Source of the DNA: Mobula hypostoma
Taxonomy: Eukaryota
Assembly (NCBI RefSeq): GCF_963921235.1
Contig: NC_086107.1
Span: 115,942,001 to 116,006,000, forward strand
Length of the DNA stretch: 64,000 nt
Direction of reading: 5' to 3'
The notes beneath the pieces were generated by a model, which did not search any database, was not told the DNA's origin, and saw nothing but the letters and a program-made list of their open reading frames with translations. Both the position numbers and the translations under genes were made by a program. Shown here one piece after another: positions 20,201 to 29,523 of the stretch. How positions within the stretch are numbered: position 1 is the first letter of the stretch; each line of letters opens with the position of its first letter.

Positions 20201-22659
20201 GGGACTGGGAAGGTGTGGCAGAGGGAGGGGTGACAGAGGCAGGGAGAGGTGAGGAGGGGAGAGGGTGGGGGGGTAGGGAGAGGGTGGGGGGACTGGGAAG
20301 GTGTGGTGGAGGGAGGGGTGACAGAGGCAGGGAGAGGTAAGGAGGGGAGAGGGTGGGGGGACTGGGAAGGTGTGGTGGAGGGAGGGGTGACAGAGGCAGG
20401 GAGAGGTGAGGAGGGGAGAGTGTGGGGGGACTGGGAAGGTGTGGCGGAGGGAGAGGTGACAAGGGGAGAGGGTGGGGGGACTTGGAAGGTGTGGTGGAGG
20501 GAGGGGTGACAGAGGCAGGGAGAGGTGAGGAGGGGAGGGTGCGATGGAAACGGGAAGGCTATCACGGTCACTCACCTCTTGTCTTTGGCGCTCCGCACCA
20601 CTCTTTTGGCATCTTCTTCTTCATCGCTGACCAACAATGGCCTGGAGGGGAAAGGAAGGCGAAGAGACAGCTCAGAACTTCAGCAGCTGATAGACCTTGC
20701 CCACCCACTCTTCCTTCTCCTTGGGACTGCTGAGTTCAAGAGAGGACAGAGCTACGGGTATGAACATCACCAATTGCCTGTCCTGGCGCAAGCACCCATG
20801 TGACAGACAAGGAAACTCACAGCAGTGCCTCTACTTCCTCAGACGACTCTGTGGCAGCGTTGATGCCATTACAGCTCAGAGCCGCAGAGCTCAGAGTTCG
20901 GGGCCGCCCGTCAGGTGTCAGAGTTCGGGGCCGCCCGTCAGGTGTCAGAGTTCGGGGCCGCCCGTCAGGTGTCAGAGTTCGGGCCGCCCGTCAGGTGTCA
21001 GAGTTCGGGGCCGCCCGTCAGGTGTCAGAGTTCGGGGCCGCCCGTCAGGTGTCAGAGTTCGGGGCCGCCCGTCAGGTGTCAGAGTTCGGGGCCGCCCGTC
21101 AGGTGTCAGAGTTCGGGGCCGCCCGTCAGGTGTCAGAGTTCGGGGCCGCCCGTCAGGTGTCAGAGTTCGGGGCCGCCCGTCAGGTGTCAGAGTTCGGGCC
21201 GCCCGTCAGGTGTCAGAGTTCGGGGCCGCCCGTCAGGTGTTTGAACGTACTTGCCGTGACTGCGAGGGTTTCCTCCCGCAATCGAAAGACGTACCAGTTA
21301 GAAGATTAATGAATTGTTCAGTGATTATGTCCACAACCAGCTCCTTTGTTTTTGCTGAGTGTAAGGGCTTGTTCCAGGATGTACATTTAAAACAATAGAT
21401 TTGACACGCCACCCCCCCCCCCACCCCATTGACACTTGCAGATACACCAGAGTGTCCTGTCTGGATGCATCATCACCACTCGTACGGCAGCTGCTCTGCC
21501 CGTGTCAAGAAACCACAGAGTTGTGGACACGGTTCAGCACATCACAGAATCTACCCGACTCTGTCTAACTTCCTGCTGCCTCGGTAAAGCAGCCAGCATC
21601 ATCACAGACCCTTGCCACCCCGGACCGGGCATTCAGTCCTCTCCCCTCCCATAGCCTGCAAGCAAGTTCCGCCAGGCTCAAGGACAGCTTCTACTCCCGA
21701 GCACAATAAACTCACTTGCCCTCGCACCTTATTGTCTCTCTGTGCTGCCCTTTCTCCGTAGCTGCTGCACTCTATTCTGCATTCTGTTACTGCTCTACCT
21801 CAGTGCACAGGTTAACCGTCTGACCTGTGTGAACTGCATGTGAGACAAGCTCTTCACTGCACCCCAGTACCTGTGACAACGACAAACCAATCTGTTTTGG
21901 GAGACTCGACCTGTCCCCAACAAAGCCCGCTGCTGTGTGCGATGAAGACAGGTATGTCACACACACACGCCTCCCTCAGCAACTTGTCGACTGCTGCAGC
22001 CACTTTCAGGCTGGTGTGAGCGCAACATTTCACAGCACCAGTCACTAGGGTTCTGTTCCCTCCGGTACCTGCAAGGAGCTCCGAATCCTGTCCGTGACCC
22101 CGGTATCTGTACAGAGCTCCAAATCCTCTCCCTGACTCCGGTATCTGTACAGAGCTCCGAATCCTCTCCCTGACTCTGGTATCTGCAAGGAGCTCGGGAA
22201 TCCTCTCCCTGACTCCGGTATCTGCAAGGAGCTCGGGAGTCCTCTCCGGTACCCTCCCACTCCACATCACAAAGCTGTACGGTTCTGGGCGTGCTACAGT
22301 GGGGCTGGAAGTTTGGCGGCCCTGCAGGCTTCACCCAGCAGCCGCAGAGTGTTTTACTGTATATCGTGTGGACAGCATACAGAACAAATAAAACTAATCT
22401 ATCTTTTCCAGACGGGAATGGTCAAGTCCGTCTCCCTGCCCTCACCCGCTGGCCAACCTGATGCATGTTCCAACCCCATTCCCAGGGATAAGGGAGGGGC
22501 GGGCGATGACAATGGCTCTCCCCACCCCCAACCTCCAAACCCCACTCCACTCACTTACTGTCGAGAGAAGCCTCCTGCCCCTGCCTTGGGTAGCACCTCC
22601 TCCCCAGAGGATGAGGATTCAGATTCACTGTCCGAGCCAGTGGCAAAGAATCGAGACAT
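2104..22659 (-). CDS. eif3c: eukaryotic translation initiation factor 3 subunit C, spliced, 19 coding exons in window, 3'-partial
   Basis: Joined exons give 2647 nt (882 codons +1), from [15 protein letters not shown] to [11 protein letters not shown], collinear with vertebrate eIF3c including the PCI region. All introns are GT-AG with consistent phases. Kozak context GCCACCATG. The last exon (~30 aa in mammals) was not found in 1-2103. Confidence 0.98.
2887..2974 (-). CDS. eif3c: eif3c coding exon 18
   Basis: [29 protein letters not shown]. Confidence 0.97.
3140..3605 (+). mobile_element. LINE 3' fragment (Rex1/Babar-like) with internal 50-bp triplication
   Basis: [26 protein letters not shown] motif; 50-bp units at 3318, 3368 and 3418. 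Confidence 0.75.
3805..4360 (+). mobile_element. degenerate LINE 3' fragment(s), same family
   Basis: agaagatacaaacgcctgaaagc...caggcttcaggacagcttct resembles 3230-3280. Confidence 0.6.
4394..4459 (-). CDS. eif3c: eif3c coding exon 17
   Basis: [21 protein letters not shown]. Confidence 0.97.
4492..4728 (+). repeat. 53-bp tandem repeat, ~4.5 copies
   Basis: CAGGTCCCGGGACAGAGACAGG... recurs at 4492, 4545, 4598, 4651 and 4704. Confidence 0.95.
4800..4959 (-). CDS. eif3c: eif3c coding exon 16
   Basis: [22 protein letters not shown]...DKVREMLV. Confidence 0.97.
5058..5910 (+). repeat. (GGAGAG)n polypurine microsatellite
   Basis: Direct inspection. Confidence 0.95.
6168..6531 (-). CDS. eif3c: eif3c coding exon 15
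   Basis: [18 protein letters not shown]...[13 protein letters not shown]. Confidence 0.98.
6549..8057 (+). repeat. 52-bp satellite array A (~29 copies)
   Basis: Unit CACTCCCGGGGTCAGACACAGAGTGAATCTCCCTCCACACCGTCCCATCACA. Confidence 0.97.
8075..8870. mobile_element. CR1-type LINE fragments (minus 8075-8400, plus ~8640-8870)
   Basis: [20 protein letters not shown] on minus; MLPGL...[17 protein letters not shown] on plus. Confidence 0.75.
8954..9178 (-). CDS. eif3c: eif3c coding exon 14
   Basis: [22 protein letters not shown]...[14 protein letters not shown]. Confidence 0.97.
10166..10353 (-). CDS. eif3c: eif3c coding exon 13
   Basis: YVENLKDE...[22 protein letters not shown]. Confidence 0.97.
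10680..10773 (-). CDS. eif3c: eif3c coding exon 12
   Basis: [31 protein letters not shown]. Confidence 0.97.
11066..11191 (-). CDS. eif3c: eif3c coding exon 11
   Basis: [42 protein letters not shown]. Confidence 0.96.
11225..12350 (-). repeat. 52-bp satellite array B (~22 copies, inverted relative to A)
   Basis: Reverse complement of the array A unit; fills almost the whole intron 11192-12394. Confidence 0.97.
12395..12536 (-). CDS. eif3c: eif3c coding exon 10
   Basis: [10 protein letters not shown]...[22 protein letters not shown]. Confidence 0.97.
12575..12815 (+). repeat. 24-bp minisatellite (GAGCGGGCGATGGGGGGAGAGGGA), ~9 copies
   Basis: Direct inspection. Confidence 0.92.
13415..13672 (+). 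repeat. ~29-bp degenerate CpG-rich tandem repeat (GACCCCCGCCCGCCCCCGGCGTTCCCTC)
   Basis: About 8 imperfect copies. Confidence 0.8.
13780..14690. mobile_element. LINE fragments: Rex1-like 3' end (+, ~13780-14190) and CR1-like (-, ~14230-14690)
   Basis: ggtacagaagcctgacgtcccacaccaccaggttcaggaacag is a near-exact reverse complement of 45580-45680; CR1-type motifs on minus. Confidence 0.65.
14723..14826 (-). CDS. eif3c: eif3c coding exon 9
   Basis: [34 protein letters not shown]. Confidence 0.97.
15307..15469 (-). CDS. eif3c: eif3c coding exon 8
   Basis: [17 protein letters not shown]...[15 protein letters not shown]. Confidence 0.95.
15736..15860 (-). CDS. eif3c: eif3c coding exon 7
   Basis: [24 protein letters not shown]...LAHKFLK. 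Confidence 0.94.
15940..17040 (+). mobile_element. two consecutive CR1-type LINE 3' fragments
   Basis: [23 protein letters not shown] and [15 protein letters not shown] motifs. Confidence 0.85.
17152..17255 (-). CDS. eif3c: eif3c coding exon 6
   Basis: [34 protein letters not shown]. Confidence 0.93.
17509..17557 (-). CDS. eif3c: eif3c coding exon 5
   Basis: [19 protein letters not shown] acceptor, GTCAGA donor, phases fit neighbours. Confidence 0.92.
17778..17903 (-). CDS. eif3c: eif3c coding exon 4
   Basis: [42 protein letters not shown]. Confidence 0.97.
17907..19250 (-). mobile_element. 5'-truncated Rex1/Babar-type LINE with RT domain and intact 3' tail
   Basis: [58 protein letters not shown]; tail AATAAACCTGATTCTGGTTCTGA; in-frame stop at 18746. 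Confidence 0.93.
19251..19483 (+). mobile_element. diverged Rex1-type RT fragment, opposite orientation
   Basis: [17 protein letters not shown]...[17 protein letters not shown] and FKFLGINIT. Confidence 0.8.
19623..19812 (-). CDS. eif3c: eif3c coding exon 3
   Basis: [19 protein letters not shown]...LEDMVNE. Confidence 0.97.
19955..20540 (+). repeat. G-rich composite minisatellite (GGGACTGGGAAGGTG / GGGGTGACAGAGGCAGGGAGAGGTGAGG)
   Basis: Direct inspection. Confidence 0.9.
20576..20641 (-). CDS. eif3c: eif3c coding exon 2
   Basis: [25 protein letters not shown] flanks. Confidence 0.96.
20850..21320 (+). mobile_element. degenerate tRNA-derived V-SINE-like element containing a 27-bp array (20891-21240, ~13 copies)
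   Basis: Downstream tttgaacgtacttgccgtgactgcgagggtttcctcccgcaatcgaaagacgtaccag resembles the V-SINE core as I recall it; array unit TCAGAGTTCGGGGCCGCCCGTCAGGTG. Confidence 0.65.
21435..21895 (+). mobile_element. Rex1-type LINE 3' fragment
   Basis: SVLSGCII...[13 protein letters not shown]; continues the fragment at 20760-20850 ([10 protein letters not shown]). Confidence 0.75.
22070..22250 (+). repeat. ~39-bp tandem repeat, ~4.5 copies
   Basis: GAGCTCCGAATCCTCTCCCTGACTCCGGTATCTG units. Confidence 0.85.
22559..22659 (-). CDS. eif3c: eif3c coding exon 1 (exon starts 22667)
   Basis: [47 protein letters not shown]; donor GTAAGT. Confidence 0.96.
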
Positions 22660-22959
22660 GGTGGCACCTGTGGGAAGAGAGGAGCGGGAAATGAACCCCA
22701 GTCCTGAAGCATCCACAACCTCCCCTGTTCCCTGAGACCTGCCTCCATGCTGATCCTCCCACCAGCCTGACCTTCATCCTCCACCCAAACCCCCCTCTCC
22801 TCCCACCTCCACTGCTTCCCCCATTTCTCCTATGACCTGGTCCCCAGAGAGCCCCCTCATCAATCTTCCCCACCCCCCCTGTTCCACACAGGCCCTTCTC
22901 CACTCCAGCCTGACCTTCTCCTTCCTGCTCCCCCCACTCAGCTCCAACCCCATCCTGTT

Positions 22960-23925
22960 TCCCACAGCCCTTCTCCCTCTAACCTCCCCTACCCCTCCTC
23001 CTCAGTCTCTCTCCCTCACTATATCCTCCTCCTCCTCCCACACCTCTTTCAACCTCTCGTACTCCCTCTCCCTCATCTGCCCACCCTCTTCCCCTCGCTC
23101 CCTTCCCTTTCCTTACCCCACCCACCCCAACCTTCCTTCCCTCTCCCTAACCCTCCTCCTTCCCTCTCCCTCCCCAACCCTCCTCCTTCCCTCTCCCTAC
23201 CCCCTCCCCAAGTCTCCATCCCGCCCTAACCTTCCTTCCCTCTCCTAACCCCTACCCGCTCCCTGACCCTCCTTCCCTCTCCCTACCCCTACCCCCTCAA
23301 CCCTCCTTCCCTCTCCCTCCCTAACCCTCCTCCTTCCCTCTCCTCACCCCTCCTTCCCTTTCCCTCCCTCTCCTCCCTACCTGTCCCTCTCCCTCCTTCC
23401 CTCTCCCTACACCTACCCCCTCCCAAACCCTCCTTCCTTCTCCCTCCCCTCCTCCCTCCCTCTCCCTACTCCTACCCTCTCCCCGACCCTCCTTCCTTCT
23501 CTCTCCCCTCCTCCCTCCCTCTCCCTACTCCTACCCCCTCCCCAACCCTCTTTCCTTTTCCCTCCCCTCCTCCCTCCCTACTCCTACCCCCTCCTCAACC
23601 CTCCATTCCTCTCCCTACCCCTCTCCAACCCTCCTTCCTTCTCCCTCCCTACTCCGAACCCCTCCCCAACTCTCCATCCCTCTCCCTACTCCCTCCCCAA
23701 CCCTCCATCCCTCTCCCTACCCCCTCCCCAACCCTCCATCCCTCTCCCTACCCAACCCTCCATCCCTCTCCCTACTCCCTCCCCAACCCTCCATCCCTCT
23801 CCCTACTCCCTCCCCAACCCTCCATCCCTCTCCCTACCCCCTCCCCAACCTCCCTCCATCCCTTTACCTTCCCCTCCCCCAACCCTACTTCCGTCTCCCT
23901 CCCCTCCTTCCATCTCTCCCTACCC
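22960..23925 (+). repeat. C/T-rich low-complexity repeat in the first eif3c intron
   Basis: CCCTCCTTCCCTCTCCCTAC-type units. Confidence 0.85.
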
Positions 23926-24029
23926 CGTTTGTTGTCCTCCACCACCCGCTCACGACCCACCTCCGTCCGCACGTCACTTTCTTTCCCTCACTATCTTCCT
24001 TTCTCCAAGTTATCCCCCCACAACCTCAC

Positions 24030-24200
24030 CGTTTTCCTCACGCTGCCGGAGCCGTCTTGCTGGAAATGACGTACTGGGACCGGAAATCGTAACTCCTAGT
24101 CGCCATCTTTGTGATGGGCGCGCGCGAACAGCGAGCTGCGGGATGTTCAACGCCATCTTTTATGCAGGCGGCAGCGGGAACCGGGATCACCCCGCCCCCC
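24030..24200 (-). promoter_or_regulatory. eif3c: eif3c promoter and probable non-coding exon 1
   Basis: CpG-rich patch; donor CG|GTGAGG at 24029; two YY1-type CGCCATCTTT at 24101 and 24151; ETS-type CCGGAA at 24080; the ATG exon has an acceptor 8 nt upstream of ATG and so needs an upstream exon. Confidence 0.72.
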
Positions 24201-24777
24201 AAAAACTATTGAAACCAATCTTTATCAGTGCAAACTGTTATACTTTGCATTGCTCAACGAACCTGACCCTTAACCTTTAACCCTGAGTCCCCGAACACTC
24301 ATCCTGCAGCAACCAACCTTGAACTCCATATTCTATGGGGTGGGAGAACCGGGGGGGGGGGGTAAGAGAGCGTCAGAGAATGGGGATGGAGAGGAGGGAG
24401 GAGGTGGGAGGGTGAGGGAGACAGAGGGGTAAGGAGGGGAGGGCAGAGATATGAAAGTCTTCCCAGTCCCAAGAACAAACTAGACAGCCAGAGAAATGAT
24501 GTATCCCCACCCCTCCCAACAAGAGGTGGGACCAAACCCCTATCACCCTCAATTCCCCTCATACCTACAGTTCATTGAGAGTGGATAGTCTGTTATCTTC
24601 TTCTCCACCCCGTCCCCCTGCCTTCCATCCCCACATCTCTCCTCACCTCCCTCCCATCTCCATCACATCCCTCTGTCAGTTTTCTTCCTGGTCATCCCCC
24701 TCTCTCCAGCAATCCCTCCCCATCCCTGTCTCCAGTGATGAGTTTCTCCCCACAACTGCATGCGATAAACCAGAGAC

Positions 24778-27664
24778 AGGGGAGGGGAGAGAGGGATAGG
24801 GGAGGGGAGGGGAGGGATGGGGAGGGGAGGGGAGAGAGGGATAGGGGAGGGGAGGGGAGGGATGGGGAGGGGAGGGGAGGGATGGGGGAGGGGAGGGATG
24901 GGGAGGGGAGGGATGGGGAGGGGAGGGGAGGGATGGGGGAGGGGAGGGGAGAGAGGGACGAGGGAGGGGAGGGGAGAGAGAGAGACTGGGGGGAGAGAGA
25001 GACATGGGGAGGGGAGGGGAGAGAGGGATGGGGAGGGGAGGGGAGAGAGGGATGAGGGAGAGGAGGGGAGAGAGGGATGGGGAGGGGAGAGAGAGAGATG
25101 GGGGAGGGGAGGGAGAGAGGGATGGAGAGGGGAGGGGAGGGGAGAGAGGGATGGGGAGGGGAGAGAGAGATGGGGGAGGGGAGGGAGAGAGGGACGGGGG
25201 AGGGGAGAGGGAGAGATGGGGAGGGAGAGAGAGATGGGGAGGGGAGGGAGAGAGATGGGGAGGGGAGGGAGAGAGATAGGGGAGGGAGATGGGGAGGGGA
25301 GGGAGAGAGATAGGGGAGGGAGATGGGGAGGGGAGGGAGAGAGATAGGGGAGGGAGAGGGGGAGGGGAGGGAGAGAGAGAGAGACGGGGAGGGGAGGGAG
25401 GGAGAGAGAGACGGGGGAGGGGAGGGGAGGGAGAGAGAGACAGGGAGGGGAGGGAGAGAGAGATGGGGGAGGGGAGGGGAGAGAGAGATGGGGGAGGGGA
25501 GGGAGAGATGGGGGAGGGGAGGGAGAGAGAGATGGGGGAGGGGAGGGAGAGAGAGATGGGGAGGGGAGGGGAGAGAGGGATGGGGAGGGGAGGGGAGAGA
25601 GGGATGGGGAGGGGAGGGGAGAGAGGGATGGGGAGGGGAGGGGAGAGAGGGAGGGGAGGGGAGAGAGGGATGGGGAGGGGAGGTGAGAGAGGGATGGGGA
25701 GGGGAGAGAGAGAGAGAGATGGGGGAGGGGAGGGGATGGAGAGAGGGACGGGGGAGGGGAGGGGGAGAGATGGGGAGGGAGAGAGAGATGGGGGAGGGGA
25801 GGGAGAGAGATGGGGGAGGGGAGGGAGAGAGATGGAGGGGAGGGAGAGAGATGGAGGAGGGGAGGGGAGGGAGAGAGATGGGGGAGGGGAGGGAGAGAGA
25901 TGGGGAGGGGAGGGAGAGAGATGGGGAGGGGAGGGAGAGAGATGGGGAGGGGAGGGAGAGAGGTGGGGGAGGGGAGGGAGAGAGGTGGGGGAGGGGAGGG
26001 AGAGAGAGAGAGACGGGGAGAGGGAGGGAGAGAGACGGGGAGAGGGAGGGAGAGAGAGACGGGGAGGGGGAGGGAGAGAGAGACGGGGGAGGGGAGGGAG
26101 GGAGAGACGGGGAGGGGAGGGAGGGAGAGACGGGGAGGGGAGAGAGAGAGACGGGGAGGGGAGAGAGAGAGACGGGGAGGGGAGGGAGAGAGATGGGGGA
26201 GGGGAGGAAGAGAGAGATGGGGGAGGGGAGGAAGAGAGAGATGGGGAGGGGAGGGAGAGATGGGGGAGGGGAGGGAGAGGAGGGGAGGGAGAGGGAGATG
26301 GGGGAGGGGAGGGAGAGAGAGATGGGGAGGGGAGGGAGAGAGAGATGGGGAGGGAGAGAGATGGGGAGGGGAGGGAGAGAGATGGGGGAGGGGAGGGAGA
26401 GAGAGATGGGGAGGGAGAGAGATGGGGAGGGGAGGGAGAGAGAGATGGGGAGGGGAGGGAGAGAGAGATGGGGGAGGGGAGGGAGAGAGATGGGGGAGGG
26501 GAGGGAGAGAGAGATGGGGAGGGGAGGGAGATGAGATGGGGGAGGGGAGGGAGAGAGAGATGGTGGAGGGGAGGGAGAGAGAGATGGGGAGGGGAGGGAG
26601 AGAGATGGGGAGGGGAGGGGGAGAGAGATGGGGAGGGGAGGGAGAGAGAGATGGGGAGGGAGAGAGATGGGGAGGGGAGGGAGAGAGAGATGGGGGAGGG
26701 GAGGGAGAGAGATGGGGGAGGGGAGGGAGAGAGAGATGGGGAGGGAGAGAGATGGGGAGGGGAGGGGAGGGGGAGAGAGATGGGGAGGGGAGGGAGATGA
26801 GATGGGGGAGGGGAGGGAGAGAGAGATGGGGAGGGAGAGAGATGGGGAGGGGAGGGAGAGAGAGATGGGGAGGGAGAGAGATGGGGAGGGAGAGAGATGG
26901 GGAGGGAGGGGGAGAGAGATGGGGAGGGGAGGGAGATGAGATGGGGAGGGGAGGGAGAGAGAGATGGGGAGGGGAGGGAGAGAGAGATGGGGAGGGGAGG
27001 GAGAGAGAGATGGGGAGGGAGAGAGATGGGGAGGGGAGGGAGAGAGAGATGGGGAGGGGAGGGAGAGAGAGATGGGGAGGGGAGGGAGAGAGATGGGGGA
27101 GGGGAGGGAGAGAGATGGGGGAGGGGAGGGAGAGAGAGATGGGGGAGGGGAGGGAGAGAGAGATGGGGAGGGGAGGGAGAGAGAGATGGGGAGGGAGAGA
27201 GATGGGGAGGGGAGGGAGAGAGAGATGGGGAGGGAGAGAGATGGGGAGGGGAGGGGGAGAGAGATGGGGAGGGGAGGGAGATGAGATGGGGAGGGGAGAG
27301 AGAGAGAGATGGGGGAGGGGAGGGAGAGAGAGATGGGGAGGGGAGGGAGAGAGAGATGGGGAGGGGAGTGAGAGAGAGATGGGGAGGGAGAGAGATGGGG
27401 AGGGGAGGGAGAGAGAGATGGGGAGGGGAGGGAGAGAGAGATGGGGAGGGGAGGGAGAGAGAGATGGGGAGGGGAGGGAGAGAGATGGGGGAGGGGAGGG
27501 AGAGAGATGGGGGAGGGGAGGGAGAGAGAGATGGGGGAGGGGAGGGAGAGAGATGGGGAGGGGAGGGAGAGAGAGATGGGGAGGGGAGGGACAGAGAGAT
27601 GGGGAGGGGAGGGACAGAGAGATGGGGAGGGGAGGGACAGAGAGATGGGGAGGGGAGGGAGAGA
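24778..27664 (+). repeat. intergenic polypurine minisatellite (GGGGAGGGGAGGGAGAGAGAGAT)
   Basis: About 2.9 kb of ~21-25 bp units. Confidence 0.95.
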
Positions 27665-27899
27665 CTTTACTGAGGCAGCAACTCCAAATCAGTGGCTGAA
27701 GTCTCACAGGTCGAGACCCTTTCTCACAGATTCCTGTGAAGCAACACTAGTCACCGAGCTCCAGGCAGAATCTGCTCCACCCTCTGCCTTCTGTGGAGAA
27801 GCTGTGCACAATTCCGAATGCACGTAGCGGAGTTTCCCTGCATGCCATCCCTCCTGACGTTCTGAATGAGTGTGATAGGTCAGCTGGTTGACTGGTGTG

Positions 27900-28478
27900 A
27901 TAGCATCAGTAACACCAAGGCATTGATTGTGGACTTGGGGGAACGGGGGACAGTGGGCAGTGGTGGAAAGGATAACCAACTTCGGTCTCCTGGCTGTCAG
28001 CATCTGAGGATGCCATCGTGAAGGAGGTGAGCCAGTGGCTCTACATTTGGAGTCGGAGGTGGTTTGCTGGGTCACAAGTTTCTACAGATGAGAACATTCT
28101 GACTGGTTGCAACACCGTCTGGTCTGGAGTTGTCAATGCACAGCATTGCCAGAGGCTGCAAAAGGGCAGAAGATTCAGCCAGCTCCATCACGGGCACATC
28201 TCTCCCCACCATCCAGGAAATCTTCACCAGGCAGTGTCCATTAAAGACCCTCACCACCCGGGACACGTCCTCTCATTACTACGGTCACGAAGGAGGAACA
28301 GGAACAGCTTCCTCCCCTCCGCCACAGATTTCCGAACAGACATTGAACCACGAACAGCACCTCGTTTGCACCATTTCTTTATTGATTGTAACTTACAGTA
28401 TTGTGTTTGTATTGCACTGTACTGCTGCACAAGACAACTAATTTCACAGCACGTTAGTGATATTAAACCAGATTCTGA
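27900..28478 (+). mobile_element. degenerate Rex1-type LINE 3' part
   Basis: ENILTGCNTVW, IKDPHHPGH; tail gtgatattaaaccagattctga. Confidence 0.78.
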
Positions 28479-28519
28479 GTGTGTCCCCCTTCCTCATCCA
28501 TTCCACCATCTCCAGAGGA

Positions 28520-29295
28520 CCCAGGTTCCCTAAAATTGGGGTCACGGGTAGACAGGGCGAAGAAGATGATGTTTGACACCCTGGCCAGCATCGGCCAGGG
28601 CACCGAGTACAGGGCTGGCATCGGCCAGGGCACCGAGTACAGGGGCTGGCATCGGCCAGGGCACCGAGTACAGGGGCTGGCATCGGCCAGGGCACCGAGT
28701 ACAGGGGCTGGCACATTATGTAGCAGTTGTACAAGATGTTGGTGAGACTGCACTTGGGAGTCCGGATGAAGGGGCTTCCATAGGTGCTGCCCCCTGCTGA
28801 GCTGCTCCAGCAGTTTGTGTGTGTCGCCTGGGAGTATTGCCTTCACTTTTGGCAACTCTGCTACGGGAAAGATGCTGTGAAGCTGGAAAGAGTGCGGGGG
28901 AGATTGACGAGGGTGCTGCCAGGACTCGAGGGACTGAGTTATGGAGATCGGTGGGTAGGCTGGGACGTTACTCCCTGGAGTGTAGGAGACTGAGCGGTGA
29001 CCTTACAGAGGTGAATAAAACCACGAGGGGCACAGATAGGGTAAAAGTGCACAGTCTTTCCCCCCAGGGTTGGGGAATCAAGAACCAGAGGGTACAGGTT
29101 TGAAATGAGGGGGGAAAGATTTAATAAGGCCGCTTGGGCAGCTTTTTCACCCACCAGCAGACAGACCGAGCTGCCAGAGGAAGTGTCTGAGGCAGGTTCA
29201 TTAACAACATTGAAAAGGCACAGGCAGGAAGGGTTAAGACAGACATGGGCGAAATGGGACTGGATTTAGGCAGGCCGTGCTGTGACTGCAAGACT
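28520..29295 (+). mobile_element. CR1-type LINE fragment with internal 31-bp array (28577-28712) and 74-bp insertion
   Basis: KDAVKLERVRGRLTRVLPGLEGLSY, YSLECRRLSGDLTEV. Confidence 0.85.
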
Positions 29296-29403
29296 AAAGC
29301 CCACCCATGAGCAGTCCCTGTGTAACCAGCCCGCAGAATGGGGTAGAGCAGACATGGGGGGAGGAGGGGAGCCAGCCAGAGGGGTTCGTGGGCAGTGTGT
29401 GTG

Positions 29404-29523
29404 TCAGCCAAGTTGGCACAGCCAGTTGTGGAAGGGGAGAGCGACTGCACCCGAAATGGCGATTCCCATCGTGTCCGCGATGCTGGCCGCTCCCATCGCA
29501 AATTCTCGCTCCCGGTCACTAGT
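29404..29523 (-). CDS. cln3: cln3 coding exon 16 (stop)
   Basis: [39 protein letters not shown]. Confidence 0.97.
   Translation of the reverse strand, partial: TSDREREFAMGAASIADTMGIAISGAVALPFHNWLCQLG

Noticed and set aside
24663..27707. 1014-aa extensin-like ORF and antisense partners
   Set aside because: Intergenic polypurine repeat with no splice or codon evidence.
27670..27735. Hammerhead ribozyme in a Penelope-like remnant (CAGGTCGAGACCCTT)
   Set aside because: The CTGANGA and GAAA core boxes are not intact on either strand.
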